64,000 nucleotides of DNA, taken from contig MU054204.1 of NCBI GenBank assembly GCA_013239625.1, forward strand, positions 396,879 to 460,878. The letters are read 5' to 3'. Origin of the DNA: Lama guanicoe (taxonomy: Eukaryota). Positions 50,549 through 63,365 of this stretch are shown in pieces. Position 1 is the stretch's first letter, and every line of letters begins with the position of its first letter. The notes under the pieces are model-generated. The model was given only the letters and a program-made list of their open reading frames with translations. It was not told the origin of the DNA and did no database searches. The position numbers and the translations under genes were made by a program.

Positions 50549-50725
50549 GGGAAGAGGGTGTAGCTCAAGTGGTAGAGTGCATGCTTAGCATGCACGAGGT
50601 CCTGGGTTCAATCCCTGGTACCTCCTCTAAAAATAAATAAATAAGCCTAACTACCTGCCCCTGCCAAATATATATATAATATAAATTTTTATATATAAAT
50701 ATATAAAAATACATATATTTTAAAC
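50549..50725 (+). mobile_element. tRNA-Ala-derived SINE (Vic-1-like) with TA-rich tail
   Basis: gggtgtagctcaagtggtagagtgcatgcttagcatgcacgaggtcctgggttcaatccc; aagaataaat on both flanks. Confidence 0.92.
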
Positions 50726-51393
50726 CAAGAATAAATGGATGGATAAAAATATGCCATGCTCACACTAACTAAGACTTCTGCACAGCAGAAGAAATGATCA
50801 ACAAAATGAAAAAACAATCCACAGAATGGGAAAAAATTATTTGTAAGCCATATAGTTGATAAGGGGTTAATATCAAAAATATATAAAGGACTTATACGGC
50901 TCAAAAACAAAAAGAAAAACAACTAATAATCCAATTAAAAATGGGCAAAGCACCTGAATAGACATTTTTCCAAAGAAGACATACAAATGGCCAACAAATA
51001 CATGAAAAGTTGTTCAACATCACTAATCATCAGGGAAGTGCAAATCAAAACTACAATGAGATATCACCTCATGCCTGTTAGAATGGGTATCATCAAAAAG
51101 ACAAGAGTTGTCAAATGCTGTAGGATGTGGAGAAAAGGAAGCCCTTGTACACTGTTGGTGGAATTGTAAAGTGTTACAGCCAATTTGGAAAATAATACTG
51201 AGGGTTCTCAGAAAAATTAAAAATAGAACCACCACATGATCCAGTAATTCCTCTTCTGGGTATATATCCAAAGAAAATTAAAACACTATATCAAAAAGAT
51301 ATATGAACTCTCATTTTATAGCAGCATTATTTACAATAGCCAAGACATGGAAACAACCTAAGTGGCCATCAACAGATAAACGGATGAAGTTGT

Positions 51394-51396
<3 letters not shown>

Positions 51397-51430
<34 letters not shown>
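51397..51430. repeat. (CA)n microsatellite
   Basis: About 17 AC units. Confidence 0.95.
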
Positions 51431-51432
<2 letters not shown>

Positions 51433-51877
51433 GAATATTATTCAGCCACAGAAAGGAGGAAATTCTTTCGTTTGTGACAACATGGATGGACTTTCAGGGC
51501 ATTATGCTAAGTCAGACAGAGAAGGACAAATACTATATGATCTTACTTATATGTGGAACCAAAAGAAAAAAATCTCATAGAAATAGAGTTCAGATTTGTG
51601 TTTGTCATAGGCAGGGTGTTGGGGGTTGGAACTGGAAGAAGGTTGTCAAAAGGTACAAACTTTCAGTTGTAAGAGAAATAAGTACTAGGGATGTAATTTA
51701 CAACATGATATACAATATATAACACTGCTGTATGGTATATATGAAAGCTGTTAAATGTGTAAATCCTAAGAGTTCTCATCACAAGGAAAAATGTTTTGCT
51801 TTGTTTTGTTTTTTTCTTTGTACCTATATGAGATGATGGATGTTAACTAAACTTATTGTGGTAATCATTTCATGATA

Positions 51878-53184
51878 CAATAGTTCCTTCTTATCCATGG
51901 GGGACACTTCCAAAATCCCCAGTGGATGCCTGAAACCATAGATAGTACTGAAATATATATATATATATATATTTTTTTCCTATACATATATACCTATGCT
52001 AAAGTTTAATTTATAAATTAGGCACAGTAAAAGATTAACAAAATTAATAAAATAGAACAATTATAAAACAATATAATGTAATAAAAGTTATGTGACTGTG
52101 GTCTTGCTCTCTCTGAAAATATCTTGTACAAATTTAATGCTTTTTCCATCTTCACTGTGTACTTATCATGCTTGAACACCATACATTTTGCAGTTTGATA
52201 TACAACAGCAAAACTAGTATGAATTCCTTTTTCCTTCTTCACAATTTCACGGATAGTTTTGTTCTTTTACTGTGGATCTTAGCAACCTCAGCATATGATT
52301 TTTTTCTTTCCCTAGTAAGTGAAGAACTCTCACCTTTTCACTTAAAGGAAGCTCTTTATGGCTTTTCTTTGGCATATCCAAATTGCCAGCATTACTGCTT
52401 TTGTGCGTTGGGGCCCTCATTAAGTAAAATAAGGGTTACTTGAATTCAAGCACTGTGATTACTTAGATGGCTACTAAGTGACCAACAGGCAGAATATGCT
52501 GGACAAAATGATGATTCACATCCTGAGCAGGAAGAAGCTGGATGGCACATGGATACAGACAAACGGATAAAGATGCGTTATATATACGGTGGAATGTTAG
52601 TCATAAAGAAAAAAGAAATTCTGCTATTTGCAGCAATGCGGATGGACCTAGAGTATATTATGCTTAGTGAAATAAGTCAGACAAAGAAAAATACTGTATG
52701 ATATCCCTTATATGTGGAATCTAAAAAATAAAAAATAATAATAAATGTATATAGCAAAACAGAAAGAGACTCAGAGACATAAAATACAAACTAGTGGTTA
52801 CCACAGGGGATAAGGGAAGAGGGGAGGGGTAAATTAAGGTTATGGGATTAAGAGATACAAACTACTATGTATTTAAAATAGATAAGCAACAAGGATATAT
52901 TGCATAGCACAGGGAAATCGAGCCATTATCTTGTAATAACTTCTAATGGAGTATAATCTGTAAAAGTACTGAATCACTATGCTTTACACTTGAAACTAAT
53001 ATAATACTGTAAATCAACTATATGTGAATTTAAAAATGATTTCATCATGCTACTCAGAATGGCATGCAATTTAAAACTTATGAATTGTTTATTTCTGGTA
53101 ATTTGTATTTAATATTTTCTGACTATAGCTGACCACAAGTAACTGAAACCATGGAAAGCAAATCTGTGGATAAGGGGACTACTA
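51878..53184. mobile_element. MER44 (Tigger7-derived) with nested L1 3' end
   Basis: cttatccatgggggacacttccaaaatccccagtggatgcctgaaacc ... aactgaaaccatggaaagcaaatctgtggataaggggactact. Confidence 0.85.
52550..53035 (+). mobile_element. L1 3'UTR fragment nested in MER44
   Basis: ggatggacctagagtatattatgcttagtgaaataagtcagac...gaaactaatataatactgtaaatcaacta. Confidence 0.9.
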
Positions 53185-53599
53185 TGTATGCAAATAAAAT
53201 CATGCTGTACACCTTAAACTTATACAGTTGGCTATATTTCAATTATATCTTAATAGAACTGAAAAAATTTAAATTCCCTCTGCCAATGGACATTCTCACC
53301 CAACTATCTTTCCTTCTTAAATGGATTAAAAATTTCTTGTCATCTTTGACTTTTCTGTCACTTATTCCATGGCACCAATTGATCTCTATATCTAAGCATT
53401 TTATCACTTTCCTCTTCATTTCTTTCTCTCCAGCCCCACCATTATCAAACTTTTCTTTACCTTCAGTAGCTTATGTTTGATCTTTTGCAACAGTTCTTCC
53501 ACTTTCTCTCTCTACCCCCATCCCTCTCTGCCCTGTCATCAGTCCAACTCCCCAATGAAAATTACTCAAACAAAAATGTAATCACATTCACCAAATGAC

Positions 53600-54078
53600 A
53601 TATAGAAGAACATTCATAGCAGTGCATTTGTAATAGCTCTAAACTTCATACAATTTATCAATAGTAGAATGGATACATATATTGTTATATAACCATACAA
53701 TGTAATACTGTATTCCTTATGAAAATGAATGACCTGTACCTGCAAGCAATAAATAGATAGACAGACCTCAAAAATGTTGACCAAAAGCCACAAGAAATAA
53801 AAGAGTACATATTGTATAATTCCATTTATATAAAGTTCAGCAATGGGCAAAATTAATATATGGTGATGAAAGTAGGATAGTGGGATTTTTGGTTAGTAAT
53901 AGTGGCTGGAAAGGAAACAACTGGACTTCTGGGACTGGGGAATGAGGAGAAGATAATGTTCTGTTTCTTGATATAAGCTTGGTTGCATGGGTATGTTAAG
54001 TATCTGATTATTTATTACCTTATTATCTATGTGCTTTTCTGTATGCACATTATAATTTTAAAATTTTTAGAAAATAAT
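53600..54078 (+). mobile_element. L1ME-like 3' end
   Basis: ttcatagcagtgcatttgtaatagc...gtataattccatttatataaagttca...taatgttctgtttcttgat. Confidence 0.75.
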
Positions 54079-54149
54079 AAAACTCTGGGGTCAATAAATC
54101 TTTAAATGAATCTGATTGTACCACTTCCTTTCTAAGCTAGGTATAATAG

Positions 54150-54290
54150 AATGAGCGCAGGCTTTTGGCATCTGACAGATCTGAGTAACAATCTCAATTC
54201 TTCCAGAAAATTGTGTACAAGCTTGGACATGTCATTTCACCAATCCTCAGTTTTCTCATTTGTAAAGTGGGAGTAGTAAGATCTACCCTG
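54150..54290 (+). mobile_element. MIR
   Basis: gagcgcaggcttttggcatctgacagatctgag...cctcagttttctcatttgtaaagtggg. Confidence 0.8.
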
Positions 54291-56265
54291 AATAATATTC
54301 CATTATCTGGATGCACCACACTTTCTTTATTCATTCATCTACTGAGAGACATCTTGCTTGCTTCCAAGTTTTGGAAGTTATGAATAAAGCTGCTATAAAC
54401 ATCAAGATGCAGGTTTTGGCAGGGACATCAATTTTTAAGTCTTTTAGATAAATATCAAGTAGCAAGATTGCTGGATCATATGGTAAGAGTATATTTAGTT
54501 TTGTGAGAAACCACCAAATTATCTTCCAAATTGGCTGTACTATTTTGCGCTTCTACCAGCAATGAATAAGAGTTCCGGTTGCTCCACATCTTCTCCAGCA
54601 TTTGGTACTGTCATTGTTCTGGATTTTGCTTATTCTAATAGATGTATAGTGGTATCTCATTGTTGTTTTAATTTGCATGTCTCTGATGAAATATGATGCG
54701 AAGTATCTTTTTATATGCTTATTTGCCATCTGTTGATCTTCTTTGGAGAGATGTCTGTTAAGGTCTTCACCCCATATTTTAATCAAGTTGTTTGTTTTCT
54801 TATTGGTGAGTTTTGAGAGTTATTTGTATGTTTTGGATACCCTTCAAGAGTTTTTAACTCTCAAGATAGTTCACACTGAGCCCCTAGAAATTCACTAAAG
54901 TTACCATTTAATTATTCCTCCCATTTCTTTGTTCCTGCAGCTTCTGCTTCTGGTAGACTGTGATCTTCCATATTTCCCTACCTCTCCAGCTTTTGGGATA
55001 GCAGTTTGTCCTGTCACCTCAGCTCTCTAATAGGATTAAGAAAAGTCATTGATTTTCAGATTGTTTAACACTTTTCTTACCATGAGGATGGAAGTGACAA
55101 TTTCTAAGCTCTTTACATGTTGGAACTGAAACCAGAAATCCTCTGTTTCAAGCATTTTTGTACTATATGCTTTGTCACATAATTCCAATATCTGTGCCTT
55201 TGTTTCCTTTCCCAGGTGAGTTGAGATTTTCATGTTTTTTTGTATGTTAGTAATTTTGGATTACAACTTGAACATTTTGAATATTCTGTTATGGGACTCT
55301 GGATCTTGTTTACATCCTATGGAAAAGATGGATATTTTATTTTGGCAGACACTTGACCTTGTTCAGTTCAAGACACAAGTTCCAACTCATTTTTTGTAGG
55401 CTGTAGTTCCGATGTCAATTTCATTTTCAAAGTCTTTGCAGTGCTTTTTGGATCTGTCCTGTGTGTGCACCACCCAGTGGTCAGTCTAGAACCTGGACTG
55501 CAGTCTGTTCATTATCTCAGTTCTCAAAATCTGTGTTATGCTAATGATGTCCATACATGGACAAGTCACGATTGAGCCCAGGAATTCAAAACCGTTTTTA
55601 TGGGATCATTTTCACATGCTTTCTCTGCTGTCTCCCTAGTAGTTCCTGGTTCCCTGGGCCTCCCCTTTACTGTCTTCCATCCCCAAACTGCCCACTTCTG
55701 TGATTGTGCTGCATTCAAAGTCAAACCAACAGGAGGATTGAGAGAGTGTAGAATAATCAATGGAGTTTGGCCGAGCTTTCTTAGCATCACAGCTCCACTG
55801 AACAGAGTAGAAAGATTCTTGCTCATGGATTTGGCCTTTATGGTTTCACTGCTTCCTTCTCTCCCACTGAGGAGCCACTTGTGGGCTAGGGCATGAGGAA
55901 AATGGAGGAAAAGGAAAGAAAAGAGAACCAAGGGATTTCTTCTCTCTCTAAGAGTTCCCATTGTCTTTCATTGATCTGGACGTAGAGTGTTTTTTCCTAT
56001 TATCTCTCTCTGTATGTACTATAAGGCTCACTTTTAGGTTTTGGGTTGCATTGACTTTAGGCCAGAAGATTCCAGAGGAGGAAAAATGGTCAGTTTGCAA
56101 CTAGTTCAGTGATACTTTGATTTCTGTCATACTTCTTCAGCTGCTATTTTCATTTCTTAGTTCTCAAATAACTGCATATGAGTTATTTTCAGGTTTTATA
56201 GTTAGACTCAATTAGAGAGAAATGCTGACATATATTTATTCCATCCTATTTGGAATCAGAACTCC
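54291..56265 (-). mobile_element. Patchwork of old antisense L1 pieces (ORF2 end to ~54845; 5' ends near 55140 and 56265)
   Basis: ORF track 54553-54786 ([11 protein letters not shown]...GTLIHCW); 5'-end-like gaaaccagaaatcc at ~55140. Confidence 0.7.
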
Positions 56266-56683
56266 TTGCAGAAAAATTTTGAAACATAAATCAGATTATG
56301 TCACTCCCCTACTCTCAATTCATCATACTTAAAATAAACTTAAAATACATACTTCTAAAATGTAGTGACAATACGTCCAGCTGGTTTCCCAGGATACAAT
56401 GTAGAAACCAACAGAAACTTCATTTCATGTATATCAATATCAACCCCAATCAACAAAAAGAATATCAGCAGACATGAATACGTGCTATTCATATGACACA
56501 CCCTCTGATTTCAAGTAGAAGGGGGAAGAGAGAGACAAATGTAGTAAAACTAAATGAAAATCACAAATGAGACAAGAATTTTCCCAAAGAAAAATAGGTA
56601 GCTGCTGAATAAGTGAGCACAGTCATAATCTATGAAAGTTTCACAAGGAATAAGTTGTTACATGTATCAATAGTTAATTCCTT

Positions 56684-57392
56684 GTAGTTTGGTGCAGCCA
56701 TTGTGGAAAATAGTATGGAGATTCCTCAAAAAACTAAAAATAGACTTACCATATGATCTAGCAATCCCACTTCTGGGCATATATCCAGTGGGAACCCAAA
56801 TTCAAAAAGACACCTGCACCCCAGTGTTCATAGTAGCACCACATACAATAGCCAAGACAGGGAAGCAACCTAAATGTCCATCAACAGATGACTGGATAAA
56901 GAAGTTGTGGTATATTTATATAATGGAATACTACTCAGCCATAAAAAGAATAAAATAATGCCGTTTTCAGCAACATAGATGGAGCTGGAGATCGTCATTC
57001 TAAATGAAGTAAGATAGGATAAAGAAAAATACCATATGATAGCACTCATATGAATCTAAAAAGAGAGAAAAGAAGATACAAATGAAGTTATTTATAAAAC
57101 AGAAACAGACTCATAGACATACAAAACAAACTTATGGTTACCAGGGGGAAAGGGAGTGGGAAGGGATAAATCAGGAGTACGAGATTTGCAGATACTAACT
57201 AGTATATATAGAATAGAGATACAACAAGTTTCTTCTGTGTAGCTCAGGGAACTATATTCAATATCTTGTAGTAACCTATGATGAAAAAGAATATTAAGAT
57301 GAATATATGTGTATGTATGACAAACATTATGCTGTACACCAGAAATTGACAACATTGTAAACTGAATACTTCAAAAAAATTAAATTTAAAAA
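56684..57392 (+). mobile_element. Young L1 ORF2 end + 3'UTR with TSD
   Basis: [35 protein letters not shown] agttaattcctt at 56672-56683 and 57393-57404. Confidence 0.95.
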
Positions 57393-60300
57393 AGTTAATT
57401 CCTTTTGATTGCTGAGCAATATTGTACATCTAAATATCCATTGTTTGGATGTACAACAGTTTGTCTATTCACCTGTGGAAGGCCATTGGAGTTGTTTCCC
57501 TTTTTTGGTGATTATGAATAAGGCTGCTATAAATATTCATGTATAGGTTTTTATGTGGACATAGTTGTTTTTTCATTTCTCTAGGAGTGGGATTGCTAAG
57601 TCATGTGGTAAGTCTATGTTTAATTTTATGAAAAACCACCAAACCACTTTCCATAGTGGCTATATATCTTTTTGCATTCCCCTAAGACTTGTATGAAAGC
57701 TTCAGTTTGCCATTTTCACCAACGATTGGTATTGTTGGCAATTTTTATTTTAGCCATTCTAATAGTTGTGTGGTGATGTTTCACCACGGTTTTTACCTTG
57801 CATTTTCCTAACAGCTGAGTATGTCGAGTATCTTTTTATATGTTTATTTGACATCCTCATATCTGCTTTGGAGAAGTATTTTTGTTCAAATATTTCCCCT
57901 CCCCTTTTTAAAGTTAGGTTGATTTATTGTTGAGTTTGAGAGTTTTTTTTTTATTCTGGATATAAGTCCTTTGTTAGATATATGATTTGAAAATATATTT
58001 TCCCAGTTGGTAGCCTTTGATTTTTCATATTCTTATTAGTGTCTTCTAAAGATCAAAAGTTTCTTATTCTGACACATTCCAGTTTGTCTACATTTTCTTT
58101 TACAGATCTCACTTTTGGTACCATGTCTAGGAACTTTACATCAAATTTTAAGTCACCAAGATTTTCACCAATGATTCCTTCTTAAAGTTTTATAGTGATT
58201 TATGATCTCCTTTGAGGTAGCATTTATATAAAGTTTAGATAAAGGTCCATTTATTTGTCTATGGATGTCCAATTTTTCCAACACTGATTCCTCATTGAAT
58301 TGCTCTTACATCTTTGTCAAAAATCAAGTGGCCATATTTTTGTGTGTGTATTTCTGGACTCTCTATTCTATTTCTGCCTGTCACTTTGACACTTCCATTC
58401 AGTCTTGATTACTATAGCATTACAGTAATTATCTCTATTCTATTCCATTGATCAATTTATCTATTAATTTTCCAATACCGTGCTATTTTGATTATTGCAG
58501 CTTTATAGTAGGACTTTAAGTCAAGTAGTGTCAGTCCTTTGACTTTGTTCGTCTTTTTTCAGTGTGGTATTATCTATTCTGGGTCTTTTTGTCTTTCAAT
58601 ATAAAGGTTAGAATCAGTTTGTTGATAGCCAAAAAATAACTTGCTAGCTTTTTTATTGAAATTGCACTGAATTTATAGATCAAGATAGGAAGAGTTGACA
58701 TCATAATAATACTGAATCTTCCTATCCATGAATATGAAATATCTCTCCCTGAATTTATACCTTCTCTGATTTCTTACATTAGAGTTTTATAGTTTTCCTT
58801 TTATATATCCTGTATATATTTTGATGCCTTTACACCTAAGATGATTTTTTTGGGTACTAATGTAAATGGGACTGTTATTTTTTCCTTCAAATTCAAATTT
58901 AGTTGTTCATTGCTGTTATATAGGAAAGAAATTGACTTTATTACCTTTGCATTCTGTGGCATTGTTATAATTACTTACTAGTTCCTAGAGAGTTTTTTTT
59001 TGTCTATCCTTTGAGTTTGTTTATGGAGACAATCATGTCTATCCACACACAAACAGTTTTATTTCCTTCTTCTCAATTTGCATACCTTATATTTGTTTTT
59101 CTTTTCTTAATGCATTAACTAGGACAACAGTACAATATTGAATAGGAGTGGTAAGAGGGGCATCCTTTCCTTGTTTTCAATCTTAGAGAAAAAGGATACA
59201 GTTTCTCATCTTTAAGTATAATGTTAGCTGAAGGTTTTGTATAGATTTTTTTTAATGAAGTTGAGGGAGTTACCCTCTACTCCTAGTTTTCTTAGTGTTT
59301 TTATCACAAACTGGTGTCAGATTTTGTCAAACGCTCTTTTTGCACCTGTTGATATATTCATATGCTTTCTATCTTTTAGCTTGCTCATGTTATAGATTAC
59401 ATTAATTGATTTTTTGAACATTGAAGCAATTTTGCATACTTGGAATAAATCCTATTTGTCGTGGCATATAATTCTCTTTATATACTGTTGGATTTGATTT
59501 GTCAACATCTTTTTGAGGATTTTTGCATATATGTTCATAAGAGATATTGGTCTGCAGTTTTTCTTTCTTTTAATGCCATTATATGGTTTTGGTATTAGGT
59601 CCTCATAGAATGAGTTAGGAAATGGTCTCTTCTGCTTCTATTTTCTAGAAGATACTATAGAGAATTGATATCATTTCTTTCTTGAATGTTTGGTTAATTT
59701 ACCAGTGAAACCATCTGGGCCTAGTGCTTTCTGTTTTGGACAGTTGTTAATTATTGACTCAATTTATGTATGGATATATGCCGATTCAGATTATCTGCGT
59801 TTCATTGTATGAGTTTTGGTACTTTCTGTCTTTCAAAGATTGGTCCCTTTTATCTAGGTTTCCAGATTTGTTGGCATAAGAGTTGTTCATATTCGTTTAT
59901 TATCCTTTTAATATTCATGAGATCAGCAGTGAGAACCTCTCTTTCATTTCTGATATTAGTAATTCATGTCTTCTGTCTTTTTTCATGGTTATCCTGGCTA
60001 CTGGTTTATCAATTTTGCCAATCTTTTCAACGAATCAACTTTTGATTTTCTTAATTTTCTCTATGGATCTTCTGTTTTCAATTTTACTGACTTCTGACCT
60101 AGTTTTTATTATTTATTTTCTTCTACTTGCTTTAGGCTAATACTGCTTTTCTTTCTCTAGTTTCCTAAGGAGTAGAAGCCAGGATTATTTGCATTATATT
60201 TACCTTCTTTTCTAAAATACCCATTCAATGTTATAAATTTCCATCTAAACACTGATTTTGCTGCCTTTCACAAATTTTTAAAAATTTTTTTTAATTTTTT

Positions 60301-62224
60301 TATTTTAATGTTTTTAATATTTTAAAATTTCTTATGAGATATCGTCTTTGACCCATTTGTTATTTAGAAGTGTTTATTCAGTTTCTAGGTATTTGGGGAT
60401 TTTCCAGCTATCTTTCTACTACTGACTTCTAGTTTGATTCCATTTTAATCTGAAATTATATTTTTTAAGATTTATATTCTTTTAAATTTTTAAATGTATT
60501 TCATGGTCCAGCATGTGGTCTATCTTGGTGTTGGTCCATGTGAGCTTGAAAATAATGTGTATTCTGCTATTGTTGGATGAAATATTCTATAAATGTCAAT
60601 TAGATCTAGTTCATTGATGTTGCTGTTGAGTTCAACTGTATCCTTACTGATTTTCTGCCAGCTGGATCTGTCAATTACTGATAGAAGGGTGTTGAAGTCT
60701 GCAACTATAATAATGAATTTATCTATTTCTCCTTGTAGGTCTATCACTTTTTGCCTCACATATTTTGATGCTCTGTCTTTATGGCAATTTTCAGGATTGT
60801 TATATCCTCTTACAGAATTGACCCCTTTATCATTATGTAATGTCTTTGTTTATCCCTGATGAACTTCCTTGCTCTGAAGTCTGTCTTGTCTAAAATTAAT
60901 ATACCTACTCCAGCTTTCTTTTGATTAGAATCTTGGAATCTTTCTCCATCCCTTTACTTTTAATATATTTGTTTCTTTAAATTTATATTACTTTTAGACA
61001 ACGTATAGTTGGGTCTTATTTATTTACCTACTCTGACAGTGTCAGTCTTTTAATTTATGTAGTTTTATCATGCACATTTAAAGTGATTATTTATATAGTT
61101 ACATTAATCTTTACCATGTCTCTAACTCTTTGGCATTTATTGAACTTGTTCTTTGTTTCTTATTTTATCTTCTGTTTTTCTGCCTTCTCTGATTTTTTAT
61201 TGAGCATTTTGTATAATTCTATTTTCTTTACTTTCTTAGAATATCATTCATACTTTTTATATTTTTAGTAGTTTCCTTAGAGTTTGCAATATACATTTAC
61301 AACTAATTTAAGCCCACTTTAATATATTGTAAAATAAAGTAATATTGATTCACAAGAAGCGTGGAAACTTTATAACAAAGTATTTCCAGTTCTTCCTTTT
61401 CATCCCTTATAATCTTGCTTTCATTCATTTCACTTATCCATAAGCTACAATCACTGAATATATTGTTACTATTATTATTTTGAATAAACTTTTATCTCTT
61501 AGGCCAAACAGGAATAAGAAAAAATTAAATATTTTATTTTATTTTCATTTATTCCTTTTCTACCATTCTTCTTTAATCAAATCTGAGTTTCTGGCCTATA
61601 TCATTTCCTTCTCTCTTAAGAACTTTTTTTTTAACACTTCTTGCAAGGAAAGTTTACTAGTTACAAATTGCTACACTTTCAGTTGGTCTGAGGAACCAAC
61701 TTTTACTTCACTTTTGAAGTATGTAGAGCTCTAGGTAGGTGGGAGATTTTTTTCTTTCAAAACTTTAAATATTTCACTCTACTCTCTTTGTGCTTGTATG
61801 GTTTCTGAAAAGAAGATTGATGTGAGTCTTATACTTGCTCCTCTACAACTATTTTATTTTTCTCTGGCTTCTTTCAAAATTTCTTCTTTGTCTTTAATTT
61901 TCTGCAGTTTGAATATGAGATGCCTAGGTGCAGATTCTTTGATATTTATCCAGCATGGTGCTCTCTGAGCTTCTGGGATCTGTGGCTTGCTGTTTGTTAT
62001 TAATTTTGGAAAATTCTCAGCCATTGTGACTCTAAATATTTCTTCTGCTCCTTTCTATCTTTTCCTTTTGTTATTCCCATTACACAAATTATCCCAAATT
62101 TTATATATTATGTTATGTCTTTTTAATCCTTTTTCCTCTTTACATTTCAGTTTTGGAAGTTTCTGTTGACACACCTTCTTCCATATCTGAATCTTGTTCT
62201 GATGCTTGTTTTGTCTCTTCATAT

Positions 62225-62292
62225 TTTTTTTAACATTTTTTATTGAGTTCTAGTCATTTTACAATGTTGTGTCAAATTCCAGTGTAGAGCAC
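62225..62292 (-). mobile_element. Very short young L1 3' terminus (same subfamily as 45971)
   Basis: acattttttattgagttctagtcattttacaatgttgtgtcaaattccagtgtagagcac. Confidence 0.85.
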
Positions 62293-62311
62293 CTTTTACC
62301 ACTCCTTGTAA

Positions 62312-62351
<40 letters not shown>

Positions 62352-62352
62352 G
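62312..62352. repeat. (GTT)n microsatellite
   Basis: About 13 units. Confidence 0.95.
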
Positions 62353-62669
62353 AAAGCTAGACATGATGTATCAGGTAATAAGAACTGAGGTAAGTATGCC
62401 TTTAGTTGGAGGTTTTATGTTTATCTGGCTGGGAGTTAGGCTGTTTAATTTTTCTGTAGAAAGCTTAGATTTCCTGTAGTGTCCTCATTTTTGTCTCCTC
62501 TGTTGTCCTTGAGTTTGCCTAGAGGCCCCTTCCTAGATAGAGTCCACTGTTCTTTCAGCTGTAATCCACTGTTATTATAAAGGTACACTGTTGATGTTGT
62601 GGTGAGGTGTGAGAGGAAAGAAAATATTCAATAATCATATTATTAGATGTCATTCTTTTTGTGGGCCTG

Positions 62670-63365
62670 TGTTTTTATCCAATTTGATAATCTCTCTTTT
62701 TTAATTGAATTTTTAAATCATTAGCATTGAATATTATTATTGAGAGATTGTATTTGTGTCTATCATTTCCCTTTTTGTTTTCTATATCTCATGTCTGTTC
62801 TGTTCCTCTATTTCTCCTTTAATGCCTTTTTTTTGCATTAAGTGAATATCCTTAGTATAACATTTTAATACCACTAGTGTATTTTCATTATATATTCTTA
62901 CTGGCTTCTCTAGGTATTACCATATATGTCTTAACTTATCAGAATCTACTTCAGAATTATGCTAACTTAATTCCAGTATGATGTAGAAACTTTATTCTTA
63001 TAAAGCTGTATTGTCCTTGTTTTGTGCTATTATTGTAATACATATTACACCTATATATGATAAAAACCAATAATATATTGTTTTAACTATAGCATTATAT
63101 AAATTTATATATTTGAAAGAAGCTGAGAGATGAAAGAACAGAAAGCATATTTTATATAGTTTATTATAGTAGCCTTCTTAATTAACTATTTTTGGTTTTC
63201 TTTGTTTCTTCCTGTGTATTCAGGTTACCTTCTGGTGTCATTTTCTTACTCCAAATCAGCTTTTTTCCTACTCGTATCCTTTGTCCTTTTATTAACAAAT
63301 GGATCACATTCTATATGTGATGGGCTCAAATACGATTATATACATATTGCTTTATGTGATTGCTC
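62670..63365 (-). mobile_element. Old L1 inter-ORF remnant
   Basis: tttttatccaatttgataatctc...cttaacttatcagaatctacttcaga. Confidence 0.65.

Larger units (their letters stand above)
43231..50770 (+). mobile_element. Old L1 (5'UTR, ORF1, inter-ORF, ORF2 N-terminus) hosting nested L1s and SINEs
   Basis: ORF1 ~44000-45075 (gaaatatttgaaacaataatgactgagaatttcccc); ORF2 start tcaataatcactttgaat resumes at 50400. Confidence 0.8.
50771..53270 (+). mobile_element. L1MA9/MB-like ORF2 end + 3'UTR, split by MER44
   Basis: [28 protein letters not shown] (50987); 3' end resumes after MER44 with atcatgctgtacaccttaaacttatacag. Confidence 0.85.
57405..62650 (-). mobile_element. Long old L1 (3'UTR, ORF2, inter-ORF, ORF1), possibly two fused elements
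   Basis: Continuous antisense ORF2; EN remnant IIVADFNTLLSVIDRS...DLIDIYRIFHPT (60520-60759); ORF1 remnants ~61620-62200. Confidence 0.85.

Noticed and set aside
56361..56662. TG...CA-bounded ~300-bp segment resembling a solo LTR
   Set aside because: No TSD and no family I can recognise.
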